IMG/VR virus record: IMGVR_UViG_3300042468_000189
Source of the DNA: an uncultured virus (IMG/VR IMGVR_UViG_3300042468_000189)
Lineage: Duplodnaviria > Heunggongvirae > Uroviricota > Caudoviricetes
DNA length: 64,000 nt
Direction: 5' to 3' (one strand)
Shown here: piece by piece, positions 43,846 through 54,707 of the stretch
Layout: every line of letters begins with the position of its first letter
How positions within the stretch are numbered: the stretch's first letter is position 1
Notes under the pieces: generated by a model
Database searches by the model: none
The model's input: the letters and a program-made list of their open reading frames with translations, nothing else
What the model was told of the DNA's origin: nothing
Program-made: the position numbers and the translations under genes

Positions 43846-46557
43846 ATGGCATTCCCTGCACTCCCCTCAGATTGGTTAAATTACACAGGCGGGAAAAAAC
43901 TTGCTTGGTTTATATCTAAAGGTATTACAGCAGATGACCTCACTAAAATGGGAGAAGCTGCAAGTGATATTAAAGATCTTGTTGATGCAGGATTACCCAC
44001 AGGCCCAGGGATTTTGTCGCAGGGTACTGCTGAACAACAGCAAGCCGCTGTACAAGAAGCGCAGCAAATATCCGATAGTGTTGCACAACAATATGAAGCT
44101 AAAGATAGATTAAGCGGTTTTTTAGATCAAGCAGCGTCTAATACAGGTATCTATGAAGGCAAACAAGCTCTTGAAGAAGCAATATCAAATATTGCTGGGA
44201 GTACGTCTGTTGCTGACAAAGCAACTTTATATAACCAGCTAAACGATAATTACAACGACACCCAAATTAAAGATGCTATTGCCGAAGTTACGGGCAAACC
44301 TGTTACGGATACAGATTGGAATTATTTAACGGGTGCGGCTAAAGTTCAAGAAATTGCTAAAGATCCAAAAGCTACAGTACAGCAAAAGGCTGAGTTATAT
44401 AACGATCTACAAGAACTTTTCCCAACTCAGTCAAATCAGTTTTTAAATGATCTGATTAATACTGTTGCGCCCGGACAAAAAGCAGAAGACCTTAAATATC
44501 TTGCAGCCGCTTCGGATGTACAAGACGTGGCATCAGGTACTGTGCAGGATAAAGCTAAGGTATACAACAATTTGCTTGATCAAGGTTTTGACGCAGCCAC
44601 CGCTGCAAACATTATTAAAGATGCTACAGGGCAAGCTCCGACTGCTAAGGATATGGGGTATTTAACCGATGCGGCCAAAGTTCAAAGCTTGGCAACGTCC
44701 ACTGACCCAAACGCTAAAGCTGATTTTTATAATGAGCTATTAAAACGCTACGACCCTACGGCAATTGGGAATTTGTTTACTGATGCGTTGGGTAAACAGC
44801 AATCAGCTTCTGATATGAAGTATTTAATGGAGCTGGCGCAACAACGGCAAACCGCAGCTACGACTGCACAAACTGAATTACAAAAACAACAAGCTGCTGA
44901 TAAAGCTGCCGCTGATCGCCAGAAAGCCGGAATTGATGCTGCTGCACAAGCCCAAGAAGCTGCACGTAAAGCCGCTGCGGGGTCAACTTTTAACACTGGA
45001 ATTACTTACGGCACCGATATGGGTGCTGATCGCAAAGGTACGGGCGTAGATATTTCTGGTGAATCTGGACTTCGTGGCGCATACGCACCGTATGTTGAGC
45101 GTATGTTAGAAAGAGCTTCTGCTGAAGCCGACGTACCTTTCCAGAAATATACAGGCAGCTCCCCCCTTCTTGAGTCTGCTCGTGCGGGTATTGCCAACTT
45201 AACAACTCCGGCGCAATTCCTACAAGGTTCAAACTTAGCGCAAGCTGCTGGTATTGGTGCGTTAGATTATGGGAAATATAAACCTACTTCGTTTACCACA
45301 GGTACGTTTGCTAACCCTAATTTTGCTTCACAACTTTCTCCAGCAGATTTAAAAAATCAAGCTGCTCTAAAACCTCCCGGTTTTTTTGATGGTGGTGGGG
45401 TTGATGCGGGAATGTTAAATAATGCAGAATTTTCCACTCCAATTACTGGCGTTGCGCGGTCTGGTAACTACAACATATTCACTGAAGAGCTTCCATACTT
45501 TGGTTCTGCTTCTAACTCTCAAAATTACGACCCCAACTCTAGGGATATGATGTACCGAGGGGATATGCAGTATCGAGGAGGGCGAGAAACTCAAGCACAA
45601 AGAGATTTCAAACTCCAGCAAGAAAACCAAATGCGTAATATGCAAGATATGGCCGGTGGTATGGGCGATATGGGTGGAGAATTTTTTGTTGGAGGTACTA
45701 AAGATTTTTATGAAAAAAATCCTTGGGCTATTCAACCTGTAGGTACAGGTATGGGTGGTATGGGTGGTATGGGTGGGGGTTTAGGTAGTTTAGGTGGGGG
45801 TTTAAATAAACTTGTAGGTGGAACAGGGCAATTTGATGGAAGTGCTAATCAACAAACAGCGCCCTCAATACCTGTACCAACTAATCCTAACCTGCAACCC
45901 ACAACTTATGGTGGGCAGAACATTACCAACGTCCAAGCATCTTATATGTCACCTTTTATGCAAGGTGCAGTTGATCCCGCTATTAAAGAGGCTAAGCGCC
46001 AAGCTGAAATAGCAAATCAGGCAATCGGCGCAAAAGCAGCGCAAGCAGGTGCTTTTGGTGGTTCTCGGCAAGGGTTGATGGAGTCTGAGTTACAACGCAA
46101 TCTGCTAAATCAGATTGGCACTATCCAAGGTCAAGGGTTACAGAAAGCTTACGAGTCTGGTCTTGGGCAGTTTAATACTGAACAACAGCGTGCTCTTGAA
46201 GCCCAGAAATTGGCTGAGCAATCTCGACAGTTTGGTTCTGAGCTTGGGCTTAAAGGTTTGCAAACTAGTATTCAAGCGGGTAGTGCTCTTGGCAATCTTG
46301 GGCAACAGCAAGGTTATCTTGATCTGGCAACGCTTAAACAAATGGCGGATCTTGGGCAGCAACAGCAGCAGTTTGACTATAACGAGTTCTTGCGCGGTGA
46401 AAAGTATCCGTATGAAAATCTCACGTTTATGAGAAATATGCTGCAAGGACTGCCTTATAACGCAGCACCTACTGGTATTGACCCCATGTCTCAGGCATTA
46501 TCGGGTGGTATTTCTTCCGTTTACTTAGCGCAACTTCTTGGTGGGTTAGGGGGTTAA
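43846..46557 (+). CDS. putative DNA ejection/pilot protein with internal repeats
   Basis: 903 aa Q/G/A-rich; 'YMSPF', 'GAFGGSRQG' motifs. Confidence 0.65.
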   Translation: MAFPALPSDWLNYTGGKKLAWFISKGITADDLTKMGEAASDIKDLVDAGLPTGPGILSQGTAEQQQAAVQEAQQISDSVAQQYEAKDRLSGFLDQAASNTGIYEGKQALEEAISNIAGSTSVADKATLYNQLNDNYNDTQIKDAIAEVTGKPVTDTDWNYLTGAAKVQEIAKDPKATVQQKAELYNDLQELFPTQSNQFLNDLINTVAPGQKAEDLKYLAAASDVQDVASGTVQDKAKVYNNLLDQGFDAATAANIIKDATGQAPTAKDMGYLTDAAKVQSLATSTDPNAKADFYNELLKRYDPTAIGNLFTDALGKQQSASDMKYLMELAQQRQTAATTAQTELQKQQAADKAAADRQKAGIDAAAQAQEAARKAAAGSTFNTGITYGTDMGADRKGTGVDISGESGLRGAYAPYVERMLERASAEADVPFQKYTGSSPLLESARAGIANLTTPAQFLQGSNLAQAAGIGALDYGKYKPTSFTTGTFANPNFASQLSPADLKNQAALKPPGFFDGGGVDAGMLNNAEFSTPITGVARSGNYNIFTEELPYFGSASNSQNYDPNSRDMMYRGDMQYRGGRETQAQRDFKLQQENQMRNMQDMAGGMGDMGGEFFVGGTKDFYEKNPWAIQPVGTGMGGMGGMGGGLGSLGGGLNKLVGGTGQFDGSANQQTAPSIPVPTNPNLQPTTYGGQNITNVQASYMSPFMQGAVDPAIKEAKRQAEIANQAIGAKAAQAGAFGGSRQGLMESELQRNLLNQIGTIQGQGLQKAYESGLGQFNTEQQRALEAQKLAEQSRQFGSELGLKGLQTSIQAGSALGNLGQQQGYLDLATLKQMADLGQQQQQFDYNEFLRGEKYPYENLTFMRNMLQGLPYNAAPTGIDPMSQALSGGISSVYLAQLLGGLGG

Positions 46558-46560
46558 AAC

Positions 46561-48180
46561 ATGGCACAGATTCCTTTTTCCCCGCCTCAGACACAGGCTG
46601 CGCTACAAAACCCTGTCCGGTTTCCTGACCAAAGACTTCAGGAATATGCTAGAGGTCAACAGCCCACTGGACAAGTCACGCCACAGATGGCGCAGCAAGA
46701 GATGATGGCTCGTGGTAACGAGCGTCAAGCTTTTCAGCGCCAACAAGCTATGCAAAACAATCCTGCAAACAGCCCAACCATCTTTCAACAGAAGGATATG
46801 GAGTTGCAACAAAAGGCTCAGCAGCTTGCTGCGATGGGGCAACAGATACAACAAAAAGAACAACAGCTTGGTCTACTTGGCGCACTCATGGCTAAAAAAG
46901 AACAGGATCTTGCTGGACGCGAACAAGGTATTGCCACACTGCCGATGCGTCCTGATATGTTTACTGCGATGGATGGCGGTATTGTGTTTAGCGGTGGGGG
47001 TGGTGTACTTGGGTTTAAAAAAGGTGGCGATAGGGGCGAAATGGACCCAGAAAATGCTGCGGAATCTCCTTACCGTATTAGCGAGTCTGTTGAAGAAGAA
47101 GTTCCTTCAACCACAGGTACATCTACAGGTAAGTTAGATCCCCTCCAAGAAATTATGGCTGCTCGTCGCCGTATTACTGAGCGTGGTGATAAAACTATGC
47201 TCTCGGAAGCTAAACAAAAAGATCTTAGAGATCAACGTATTGCTGAAATGGCTGCGGAGTTTGGAGAATACGAGAAGGGTAGGTCTGGTAGAGAAGCTCG
47301 TATGGCTGAAGCTTTGCGGGGCCAAAAACCTGAGTTAATGGATTATCTTGGCGCGATGGCAGCGGGGGGTCCAAAGCGTACGCTCGGTGAGACTTTATCT
47401 GCTATGGTCCCCGGCACTCAGAAACTTCGTGCTGAACAGCAAGCTCGTAACATGGCAGCAGCTAAATACCTTGCAGAAGCTGAAGAAAAAGCTGCTCAAG
47501 CTGAACTTGCTGAGAAACGTGGTCAACGTGCTGCTGCGGATAAACTGATTCAAGATAAGCAGGCACTAGAGCTTAAAGCATTTGAAGTTGCAAAAGGTGT
47601 TGAAGACACAGGCATCCGTGCGCTTACATCTGTCGCTGAAGCAGAAAGAGGAGAACGTAGCGAAGCTAGAAGAGCACAAGAAGCTGCGGAAAGAATGGCG
47701 TTGGAAAGAGAGAAATTTAAATCTGAAGAAGCTTACCGCGCTGGTGACCGTGCATTCAAAGAGAAGATGGTTAGGCTTGAAGCTAGCTTACGACCAAAAG
47801 ACTTCTATAACCAACTTCTCGGTATGGCAACTAATCCAAAAGATCCTAACTACGAATTTGCTAAGAATTTACTTGAAGCTCGTGGGGGTCGTAGTGGTGC
47901 GGGTGCAGATGGTAGACCGACGTTTGATCAAATAACAGACAACGTAGAGAAGCGTATGCAGAGCACTGATATAAATAAAATTATCAAGGCTGCTGCTAAA
48001 GATCCTAAGAACCCTCGTACCTTGACTGAAGCTGACATACGTGAGATGTTTTTTGACGAGGAAATAGCAAGAGCTAAGAGGTTCTACGGGGAAGATGTTT
48101 TTAAAGGTATGAAACCATCTAAGTCTTCAGATGCTGGAGCTGTAGACACATCAAATCCACTTCTTTCAGGTAAGCCCTAA
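46561..48180 (+). CDS. putative internal virion protein (coiled coil)
   Basis: 539 aa Q/E/A-rich. Confidence 0.65.
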   Translation: MAQIPFSPPQTQAALQNPVRFPDQRLQEYARGQQPTGQVTPQMAQQEMMARGNERQAFQRQQAMQNNPANSPTIFQQKDMELQQKAQQLAAMGQQIQQKEQQLGLLGALMAKKEQDLAGREQGIATLPMRPDMFTAMDGGIVFSGGGGVLGFKKGGDRGEMDPENAAESPYRISESVEEEVPSTTGTSTGKLDPLQEIMAARRRITERGDKTMLSEAKQKDLRDQRIAEMAAEFGEYEKGRSGREARMAEALRGQKPELMDYLGAMAAGGPKRTLGETLSAMVPGTQKLRAEQQARNMAAAKYLAEAEEKAAQAELAEKRGQRAAADKLIQDKQALELKAFEVAKGVEDTGIRALTSVAEAERGERSEARRAQEAAERMALEREKFKSEEAYRAGDRAFKEKMVRLEASLRPKDFYNQLLGMATNPKDPNYEFAKNLLEARGGRSGAGADGRPTFDQITDNVEKRMQSTDINKIIKAAAKDPKNPRTLTEADIREMFFDEEIARAKRFYGEDVFKGMKPSKSSDAGAVDTSNPLLSGKP

Positions 48181-48185
48181 TTGCC

Positions 48186-51100
48186 ATGCCGACACTGCTG
48201 GAGATCCTGCAAGACCCCAACTACATCAACGCAAATCCTGCTACAAAAAAAGCTATCTTTGATAAGTACGCTCCGCAGGATTCTAATTATGTAGATGCTA
48301 ATGACGCTACCAAAGCTGCCATACGGCAGCGTTTTGGGTTAAGCACTGCTGCTCCTGCTGTCAAAAAACAATACGGTGTACCCTTAGAAGTTCCTCCTGA
48401 AGATAAGGAAGGGTTTGTCCCCGCTGTTAAGGCAGGGTATGAATCACTCAAAGGATCGCTTGCGCTTGCTGCTGGTAAAGCAGGACTAATGGATCTTAAA
48501 GAAGCCGAGCGTTATCAAGCAGAGCGCGAAGCAGAAGCCCAGAGGGTATTCACACCTACTGAAAAGGGTTGGTCTGAAGCGCCTTTTCAAAAATTTAAAG
48601 AGACTTTGGGTGGTTCATTACCTTATATGGCTGCACCTATTGCTGCGGCTGCGGGTGCCGCTGCGCTTCCTGTTACGGGTACTGCCGCTACATTAGCCAC
48701 TTTGGGCGCAACTGGTTTAGTGTCTGCTACGCAGTTCACAGGTACTAATCTTGCGAGACAGCTTGACGAAGTAAAGCGCACTAATCCTAATGCGGGGCTT
48801 GAACAAACAAGTTTAGGTAGCGCCGTTGCCGCTGCCATACCACAGACTGCGCTAGATATTGTTGGTATGAAAGCTATCCCACTAGTGCGTGGGTTGTTTA
48901 AGTCTGTTGGTAAAGAAGTCACTGAACAACAAGCTAAGAACTTTGCCGAGCAAGGGTTCCGTCGCACACTTGCTGATTACTCTTTAGCTACAGGCAAAGC
49001 TGCGGGTGTTGAAGGTGCTACTGAGACAGGGCAACAATTTTTAGAGCGTCTACAAGCTGGGTTAAACATTGCAGATGCTGATGCTCGTAAAGAGTACGTT
49101 GAAAGTTTTATTGGTGGTGCTGTTCTTGGTGGCGCACTTTCTCCTGCTGGTCGATACATTGAGCGACGCAGGGAAGCAAAGACTCCCGAAGAACGTTCTG
49201 CAATTGATGAAGCACAAGCCAAGATTGATGCAGAGCAGCTAGCAAAGCAGAAAGAAGATCTTCAAGGGAAAGCCGCTGCGGTAAATGTAGAAGACATTGC
49301 TGCTAGGACGCAAGAGCTTGCTAAAGAACCTGCTACTGCTGGTGACGTATTAACTGCTGCTACTCAAGCAGCACAAGAAAAGTTAGCTGAGCAAGCAACT
49401 CCAGAACAAAAAGTAGCGGAAGCTGCTACTAAAGTTGATGCGCTTACTTCTAGGATTAATGAACTTACTGACGAATACATAGCTGCTGGAGATTCCCCTG
49501 ATCAAGCCAAAATCAAAGCCGCTGCTCAGGCTGCGGAAGAGGAACGAAACGACCAAGAGGCTGACCAAGCTCTATCCGAACTTGCAGAAATTCAAGCCGA
49601 AGCCGGAAAGGAGGCAGAAGATGCTGCTAAAGCTATCGAACAAGGAGGTGGAGAAAGCGTTCCAATTCCTAGCCGACCCGACGGAGGAGTACCCACCGGA
49701 GGAGTTGAGCCACCTGTCGCCGGTGGAGTGGAACGCCCTGCACGTCCTGCTGAACCAACTGTACGAGGAGAGGAAGTACCATCCGGTGCAGTAGAAGAAA
49801 AAACTCAACCCCCAAAGGAAATCCCCAGTGTCACTACGCCCACTGAAACCAAGCAAGCAAAAGAAGAAGGAGCAGCAGCGCCTGCTGAAGGAACAAAAGT
49901 GGCAAAACTTGCCACAGCAGCCAAACCTGCCGGTGTACCAAAAGCAGCAGCCCCTCAAGTAACAATTATTAATCAGTATCCTGGCAAGAATACAAACGGC
50001 CAAAATACAAAAGATCTTGTGCTCTCAAACGGAGAGACCGTTACTATTACGAATGTAGGTGAAGGGCGTAAGCCTAAGTGGGTTAGGCGTGTAAATGGTG
50101 AGGAAGAAGTTCTTGGCACTAACTTAAAAGATGCGTTTCTAAAAGTTAGATCTGATGCTGTGCCTACTGGCCCTGCGCCTAAACGTGGTCCGAAACCTAA
50201 GCTGACTGAGGAAGAAAAAGAAGCTCGTGCTGTTGAGTCGGGGATGCGTACTGAGGAACTTAACGCAATTGAAAATATTATTCTTTCTACTAAGAAGCTA
50301 AAAGGTTCTGACCGCCCCGGCTTGGCTACGATGTTGGATCTGTTCCTTGGCCCAAGACCCGAATCTAAAGCTTCCATGCAGCAGTACCACGATACTTTTA
50401 TGAAAGGTATTGAGGGTCAGTTTGCAAACATTGGTAATCCAGAAACTAGAACAGAAACTCTTAACGACTATATAACTAAGAGAGTGCTCCCTGTTTTGGA
50501 AGAGCTGTACCGCCTTGGTACTGATCCAAGGTATGCAAACACTCGCATCCGTGATCTCGCTATGAGTAATTTTGAGCGTGGTCCTAGCAATATTAAAAAG
50601 GGCATCATAGCGCGAGCTGAACGCCGTAAAGAAGAGACTAAGCCTGTAGAGCAAACAGAAGCTGTTAGCGAAGAACCCATAGTCACACCCAAGGCTCCCA
50701 CTGGCCCTGCACCTGTCGTTACTACTAAGGTAAAGAAGCGTACGTTCGTAAAACCAGAAGGTGGTCCTGGTGCTCTTGCTCAGGCAGATATTTCAGAAAC
50801 GGAATTACAGTCAACCAGCCCTGCCTTAAATCCAAAGATCGAAGCCGGTGCGCCTAAGACAGGTAAAGACGCTGCCCAGATTATTGCAAAAGATCCTAAG
50901 AGCAATAAGTTTGAACGCACCTTGGCACAAAAATTGGTGTCTGCGTTAGGGAATATAAAATTCATAATTGTTTCTAATAAGTCTAAGCAAGGGCTTATTG
51001 ATAATTTCAAGAAGCAAAAAGCTAGGGGGTTGTTCATACCCACTAACGATATGGTCGTTGTAGCAGGGAGCGATCTGTCAGGGGTAGGGCAAGGCGTAAA

Positions 51101-54100
51101 CAACCAGACTGTTTTGCACGAGCTACTACATGCGGGGACTGCGGTAAAAATCTACGAAGGTGAGCAGATTGTAAAAGCTGACCCTAGAAGCACAGACCCA
51201 AGGGCGCTTGCGTATCGTAAATTAGTACGGTTAATGGCTGCTGCACGGGACGCAGCCGATGATGCGGATAAGCTTCCTGATGGTCATCCATACAAAGAAT
51301 TTGTAAAAAGCTTAAATCAAAAGTTCACCAAAGGTAAAGCTCTAACCAATGTGTATGAGTTTTTAACCTACGGTATGACTGATGGGGACTTTCAGCAGTT
51401 CTTAAGCACAGTGCAGTTTGGCAAAACGCAAAGCGTCATGAGCACTTTTGTAGCTACGATTAGACAGCTACTTGGGCTTAGTAAAAACGATGAGTCTGCG
51501 CTTGCTAACCTTATTGAAGTAACAGACACGCTCTTGTCACTGGAGCCTTCCGTTGCCGACGCGCAGGCTAAAATAGAAATACTCTCCCAGAAAAAAGACG
51601 TACAGACCGCTGCCGATGTGCAAGTCAAATATGCTAACGACGTAATCAATACGCCTCGTAGCCAAGGCCCATCTGTATCTGCGCTGAACCAAGCTATAGC
51701 TAACGGTATGGATCTATCTAGTCAGGCAGAGCTTGCTGGTGCTATTGCAGAAGGTGCTATGTCTGGTGCTAGAAAACATATTCTTGGTGCGTTTACTCCT
51801 AGCCAACTTGCAAAACTTGTTAAAGACAAAATCCCTGCGCTTACTCGTGTGGTCGATCTTGGTCGGAAGTTCAACGCTAAGCGCCAGCAGTACGTCGATG
51901 AGATGAAAGATGTTATGAAGCCGTGGCTTAAGCTTCAACGCAACGACCGTGAACAAAGTCAGTTGCTTGCCACCATCATGCACCTCTCTACAGTTAACGG
52001 TATAGACCCAAGCATCCCCGGTAAAGATCGTCTTGCATCCACGCCGCAGTCAGATACCTTGGATGATCTGTGGGAAAAGCTTGGCGAACCGGGGCGCAAG
52101 ATTTATATCGATGTACGTGATTACTACGCTAAGCAATATGAAACGTATAAAGATCTTTTGAACAAACGTATTGAAATGATGGGGATCTCCGATGAGGAGA
52201 AAACCAAGTTCATGGATCTGCTCAAGAAACAATTTGAGTCAGACAAAGTAGCTAAGCCTTACTTCCCTCTTATGAGATATGGAGAGAACTGGTTGCGTGT
52301 CGGCAAAGGCAAGGACATGGAGTTTTATATGTTTGAGTCTGCCTCAGAGCGCAACCGCTTCGCCATCCGTAGAGCTAAGGAGATGGGCAAGCCGCTGAAG
52401 GATTTGTACGCCGACGGTACGCTCAAGCGTGGTGACCAGCTTAAGAATATGATGGAAGAAAGCTTTGCTGATACGACGAAGCTAAAAGAAGTTCTTGCTG
52501 CTGTAGACAAGTTAGGCATCGACACTGATAAGGCATCGATCAAGGACGAGATCTATCAGATGTATCTGCTCACGCTGCCAGAGAAGAGCTTCCGCAAACA
52601 GTTTATTCATCGTAAAAACACAGCAGGTTTTAGCGCAGATGCCCTACGGAACTTTGGCACTGCGGGTTTCCGTATGTCCAATCAACTTGCCAAGATGGAG
52701 TACCAACCCCAGATCGTCAACACACTTGACGAAGCAAGAGAGTCTATCAAGGATGACCCTGACGCATCTAAGTATCGTCCTTATATCGAAGAAGTAGCAG
52801 GCGACTTTGACGCTGCTGTTAATCCTAAGAACGAAAACTCTATCCTGAACTTTGCAGCCAACGGACTATCGACGCTCAACTTCTTCTACTACATGAGTTC
52901 GATCTCGTCTGCTCTGACGAACATGACTTCGCTGCCTGTGTTTGGTTATCCCACACTGCTTGCTGAGTATGGCAAGACTCCCGGCGGCGCAAAGGATGTG
53001 CACAAAGAGCTTGTGCGGTTCATGAATGTCTACAAGGAAGTTGGGTTCCGACGCAAGGTTAATGGTAAGACTGAATATGTTATGCCTTCCATACGCAATG
53101 CGTTGACCAATGCTGATGAGATTAAGGCTTACGATGAGTTTGCGGCTGACAACCTTTTCTCATTCAACCGCTCGATGGATTTGCTCAATATCGTCAAGTC
53201 TCCTTCTCAGGAAGCTACTAACCCTAACATTTTGAAAGTGCCTGTTCAGGCTGCAACCGATGCTGTCTCTACGTTGTTCTCCATGACGGAACAACTACCC
53301 CGCGAGATGATGGCTATGGCTGCTTATCGCTTAGGACGCAGTCAAGGTTTGTCGCATGATGAAGCTACTAAAAAAGCTTTGGATCTGACGCATGATGCGA
53401 TGTACGACTACTCCATGTTTGATACACCCAGATACTTCCGTGGGCCGGTTGGCAGAACCATATTCCAGTTCAAGAAATTTTCACAGAACACGGCGTTCTA
53501 TCTCACGACTAATTTCTTGCAAATGTTTAAAGGTGCAGATCCTACGATTAGGAAGCAAGCTGCAACGCGCTTCTTCGGCACACTAGGTATGACAGGTATG
53601 TTTGCAGGTCTGACGGGTATGCCGTTGTACACCGTGATGTCTACCGTTGCCGAGAAAGTATTAAGTGCATTTGGTGATGATGACGATGACGAAGACAGTG
53701 CAGCTTTCCAGATACGCAAGTACGGATTTGATTTGTGGTTTAAGAAGTGGCTGTCCGAAAACTTTGGCGCAAATGTAGCAACCTACGTCGCTATGGGTCC
53801 GGTCACTGGGCTAACAGGTGCAGACTTCAACTCGCGGGTCAAACTTAACGATCTATTCTTCCAAGATTGGGAGTTTAAAGGGTTGCTCGGCCCAAGCTTC
53901 GGTATGTTTGAGAATGCCCAACGTGCGTACGACAGATTCAAAGAAGGGCAAACCGAGAGGGCTATCGAGACCATGATGCCTGCGTTCATCAGGCAACCGC
54001 TGAAAGCGTATCGCTTTAGCGAAGAAGGAGTAAAGACTCCAAAAGGCTACGAGGTTGTAGCGCAAGAAGATTTGAACTGGATGGACATAGCCATGCAGAG

Positions 54101-54428
54101 TATTGGGTACGCCCCAATCAAAGTGTCCGCAAAACAAACTGAGAACTTTAAGCTTAAGAAGCTAGAACAGGAACGGGAAGAAGAGCGCACAGAACTGCTA
54201 AAGCGTTCGGTCTATGCGCGACGGGGTATTTCTGACGAAGACCCCGATGATATTCAGGAAGATATTGATAAGTTCAACAGTAAGTTTCCCAACCGTCGAA
54301 TCCTCCCTGTAACCATCATGCAGTCGGATCAAGCTAGGCGTAGGCAGGAACGTGCCGTAGACCAAGGGTTGTATATAGCCAACCCGATGAACCGACGCGA
54401 ACTCTTAGAGCTGAGAGCTAAAGAGTAA
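48186..54428 (+). CDS. large internal virion / polyvalent protein with HExxH metallopeptidase-like motif
   Basis: 2080 aa, last gene of virion operon; TVLHELLH at 51117-51131 and downstream 'EFLTYG'. Confidence 0.75.
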   Translation: MPTLLEILQDPNYINANPATKKAIFDKYAPQDSNYVDANDATKAAIRQRFGLSTAAPAVKKQYGVPLEVPPEDKEGFVPAVKAGYESLKGSLALAAGKAGLMDLKEAERYQAEREAEAQRVFTPTEKGWSEAPFQKFKETLGGSLPYMAAPIAAAAGAAALPVTGTAATLATLGATGLVSATQFTGTNLARQLDEVKRTNPNAGLEQTSLGSAVAAAIPQTALDIVGMKAIPLVRGLFKSVGKEVTEQQAKNFAEQGFRRTLADYSLATGKAAGVEGATETGQQFLERLQAGLNIADADARKEYVESFIGGAVLGGALSPAGRYIERRREAKTPEERSAIDEAQAKIDAEQLAKQKEDLQGKAAAVNVEDIAARTQELAKEPATAGDVLTAATQAAQEKLAEQATPEQKVAEAATKVDALTSRINELTDEYIAAGDSPDQAKIKAAAQAAEEERNDQEADQALSELAEIQAEAGKEAEDAAKAIEQGGGESVPIPSRPDGGVPTGGVEPPVAGGVERPARPAEPTVRGEEVPSGAVEEKTQPPKEIPSVTTPTETKQAKEEGAAAPAEGTKVAKLATAAKPAGVPKAAAPQVTIINQYPGKNTNGQNTKDLVLSNGETVTITNVGEGRKPKWVRRVNGEEEVLGTNLKDAFLKVRSDAVPTGPAPKRGPKPKLTEEEKEARAVESGMRTEELNAIENIILSTKKLKGSDRPGLATMLDLFLGPRPESKASMQQYHDTFMKGIEGQFANIGNPETRTETLNDYITKRVLPVLEELYRLGTDPRYANTRIRDLAMSNFERGPSNIKKGIIARAERRKEETKPVEQTEAVSEEPIVTPKAPTGPAPVVTTKVKKRTFVKPEGGPGALAQADISETELQSTSPALNPKIEAGAPKTGKDAAQIIAKDPKSNKFERTLAQKLVSALGNIKFIIVSNKSKQGLIDNFKKQKARGLFIPTNDMVVVAGSDLSGVGQGVNNQTVLHELLHAGTAVKIYEGEQIVKADPRSTDPRALAYRKLVRLMAAARDAADDADKLPDGHPYKEFVKSLNQKFTKGKALTNVYEFLTYGMTDGDFQQFLSTVQFGKTQSVMSTFVATIRQLLGLSKNDESALANLIEVTDTLLSLEPSVADAQAKIEILSQKKDVQTAADVQVKYANDVINTPRSQGPSVSALNQAIANGMDLSSQAELAGAIAEGAMSGARKHILGAFTPSQLAKLVKDKIPALTRVVDLGRKFNAKRQQYVDEMKDVMKPWLKLQRNDREQSQLLATIMHLSTVNGIDPSIPGKDRLASTPQSDTLDDLWEKLGEPGRKIYIDVRDYYAKQYETYKDLLNKRIEMMGISDEEKTKFMDLLKKQFESDKVAKPYFPLMRYGENWLRVGKGKDMEFYMFESASERNRFAIRRAKEMGKPLKDLYADGTLKRGDQLKNMMEESFADTTKLKEVLAAVDKLGIDTDKASIKDEIYQMYLLTLPEKSFRKQFIHRKNTAGFSADALRNFGTAGFRMSNQLAKMEYQPQIVNTLDEARESIKDDPDASKYRPYIEEVAGDFDAAVNPKNENSILNFAANGLSTLNFFYYMSSISSALTNMTSLPVFGYPTLLAEYGKTPGGAKDVHKELVRFMNVYKEVGFRRKVNGKTEYVMPSIRNALTNADEIKAYDEFAADNLFSFNRSMDLLNIVKSPSQEATNPNILKVPVQAATDAVSTLFSMTEQLPREMMAMAAYRLGRSQGLSHDEATKKALDLTHDAMYDYSMFDTPRYFRGPVGRTIFQFKKFSQNTAFYLTTNFLQMFKGADPTIRKQAATRFFGTLGMTGMFAGLTGMPLYTVMSTVAEKVLSAFGDDDDDEDSAAFQIRKYGFDLWFKKWLSENFGANVATYVAMGPVTGLTGADFNSRVKLNDLFFQDWEFKGLLGPSFGMFENAQRAYDRFKEGQTERAIETMMPAFIRQPLKAYRFSEEGVKTPKGYEVVAQEDLNWMDIAMQSIGYAPIKVSAKQTENFKLKKLEQEREEERTELLKRSVYARRGISDEDPDDIQEDIDKFNSKFPNRRILPVTIMQSDQARRRQERAVDQGLYIANPMNRRELLELRAKE

Positions 54429-54454
54429 AAAAATCCCCGCAGGAGGGCGGGGAT
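54427..54454 (-). terminator. rho-independent terminator of the replication operon (convergent junction)
   Basis: Minus strand ATCCCCGC-CCTCCT-GCGGGGAT followed by T-run. Confidence 0.8.
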
Positions 54455-54512
54455 GAAAAGACTCGTCGTGAGTCTGAGGAGACAGCATGGACTACAGCGG
54501 TGGAGTATACAG

Positions 54513-54707
54513 TTAAACTCTCCAAACGCGAACCCCTTGGATGCCTTCCTCAATTACTGTCTTCATAACAACTTTAAAACGCATCCGCCGCATCTCCTCG
54601 CGGATCGTAACTTTGGCCGCAGCGCAATCTAAGCAGGGTATAAAAAACGAACTACCCTTCACAAAGTTGCGCCAGTTAATGTTGAAGTTAACTTGGTGTA
54701 CTAGCAT
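54513..54707 (-). CDS. hypothetical protein
   Basis: 'W..F..GSSFFIPC..GVRVWRV'. Confidence 0.7.
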   Translation of the reverse strand: MLVHQVNFNINWRNFVKGSSFFIPCLDCAAAKVTIREEMRRMRFKVVMKTVIEEGIQGVRVWRV

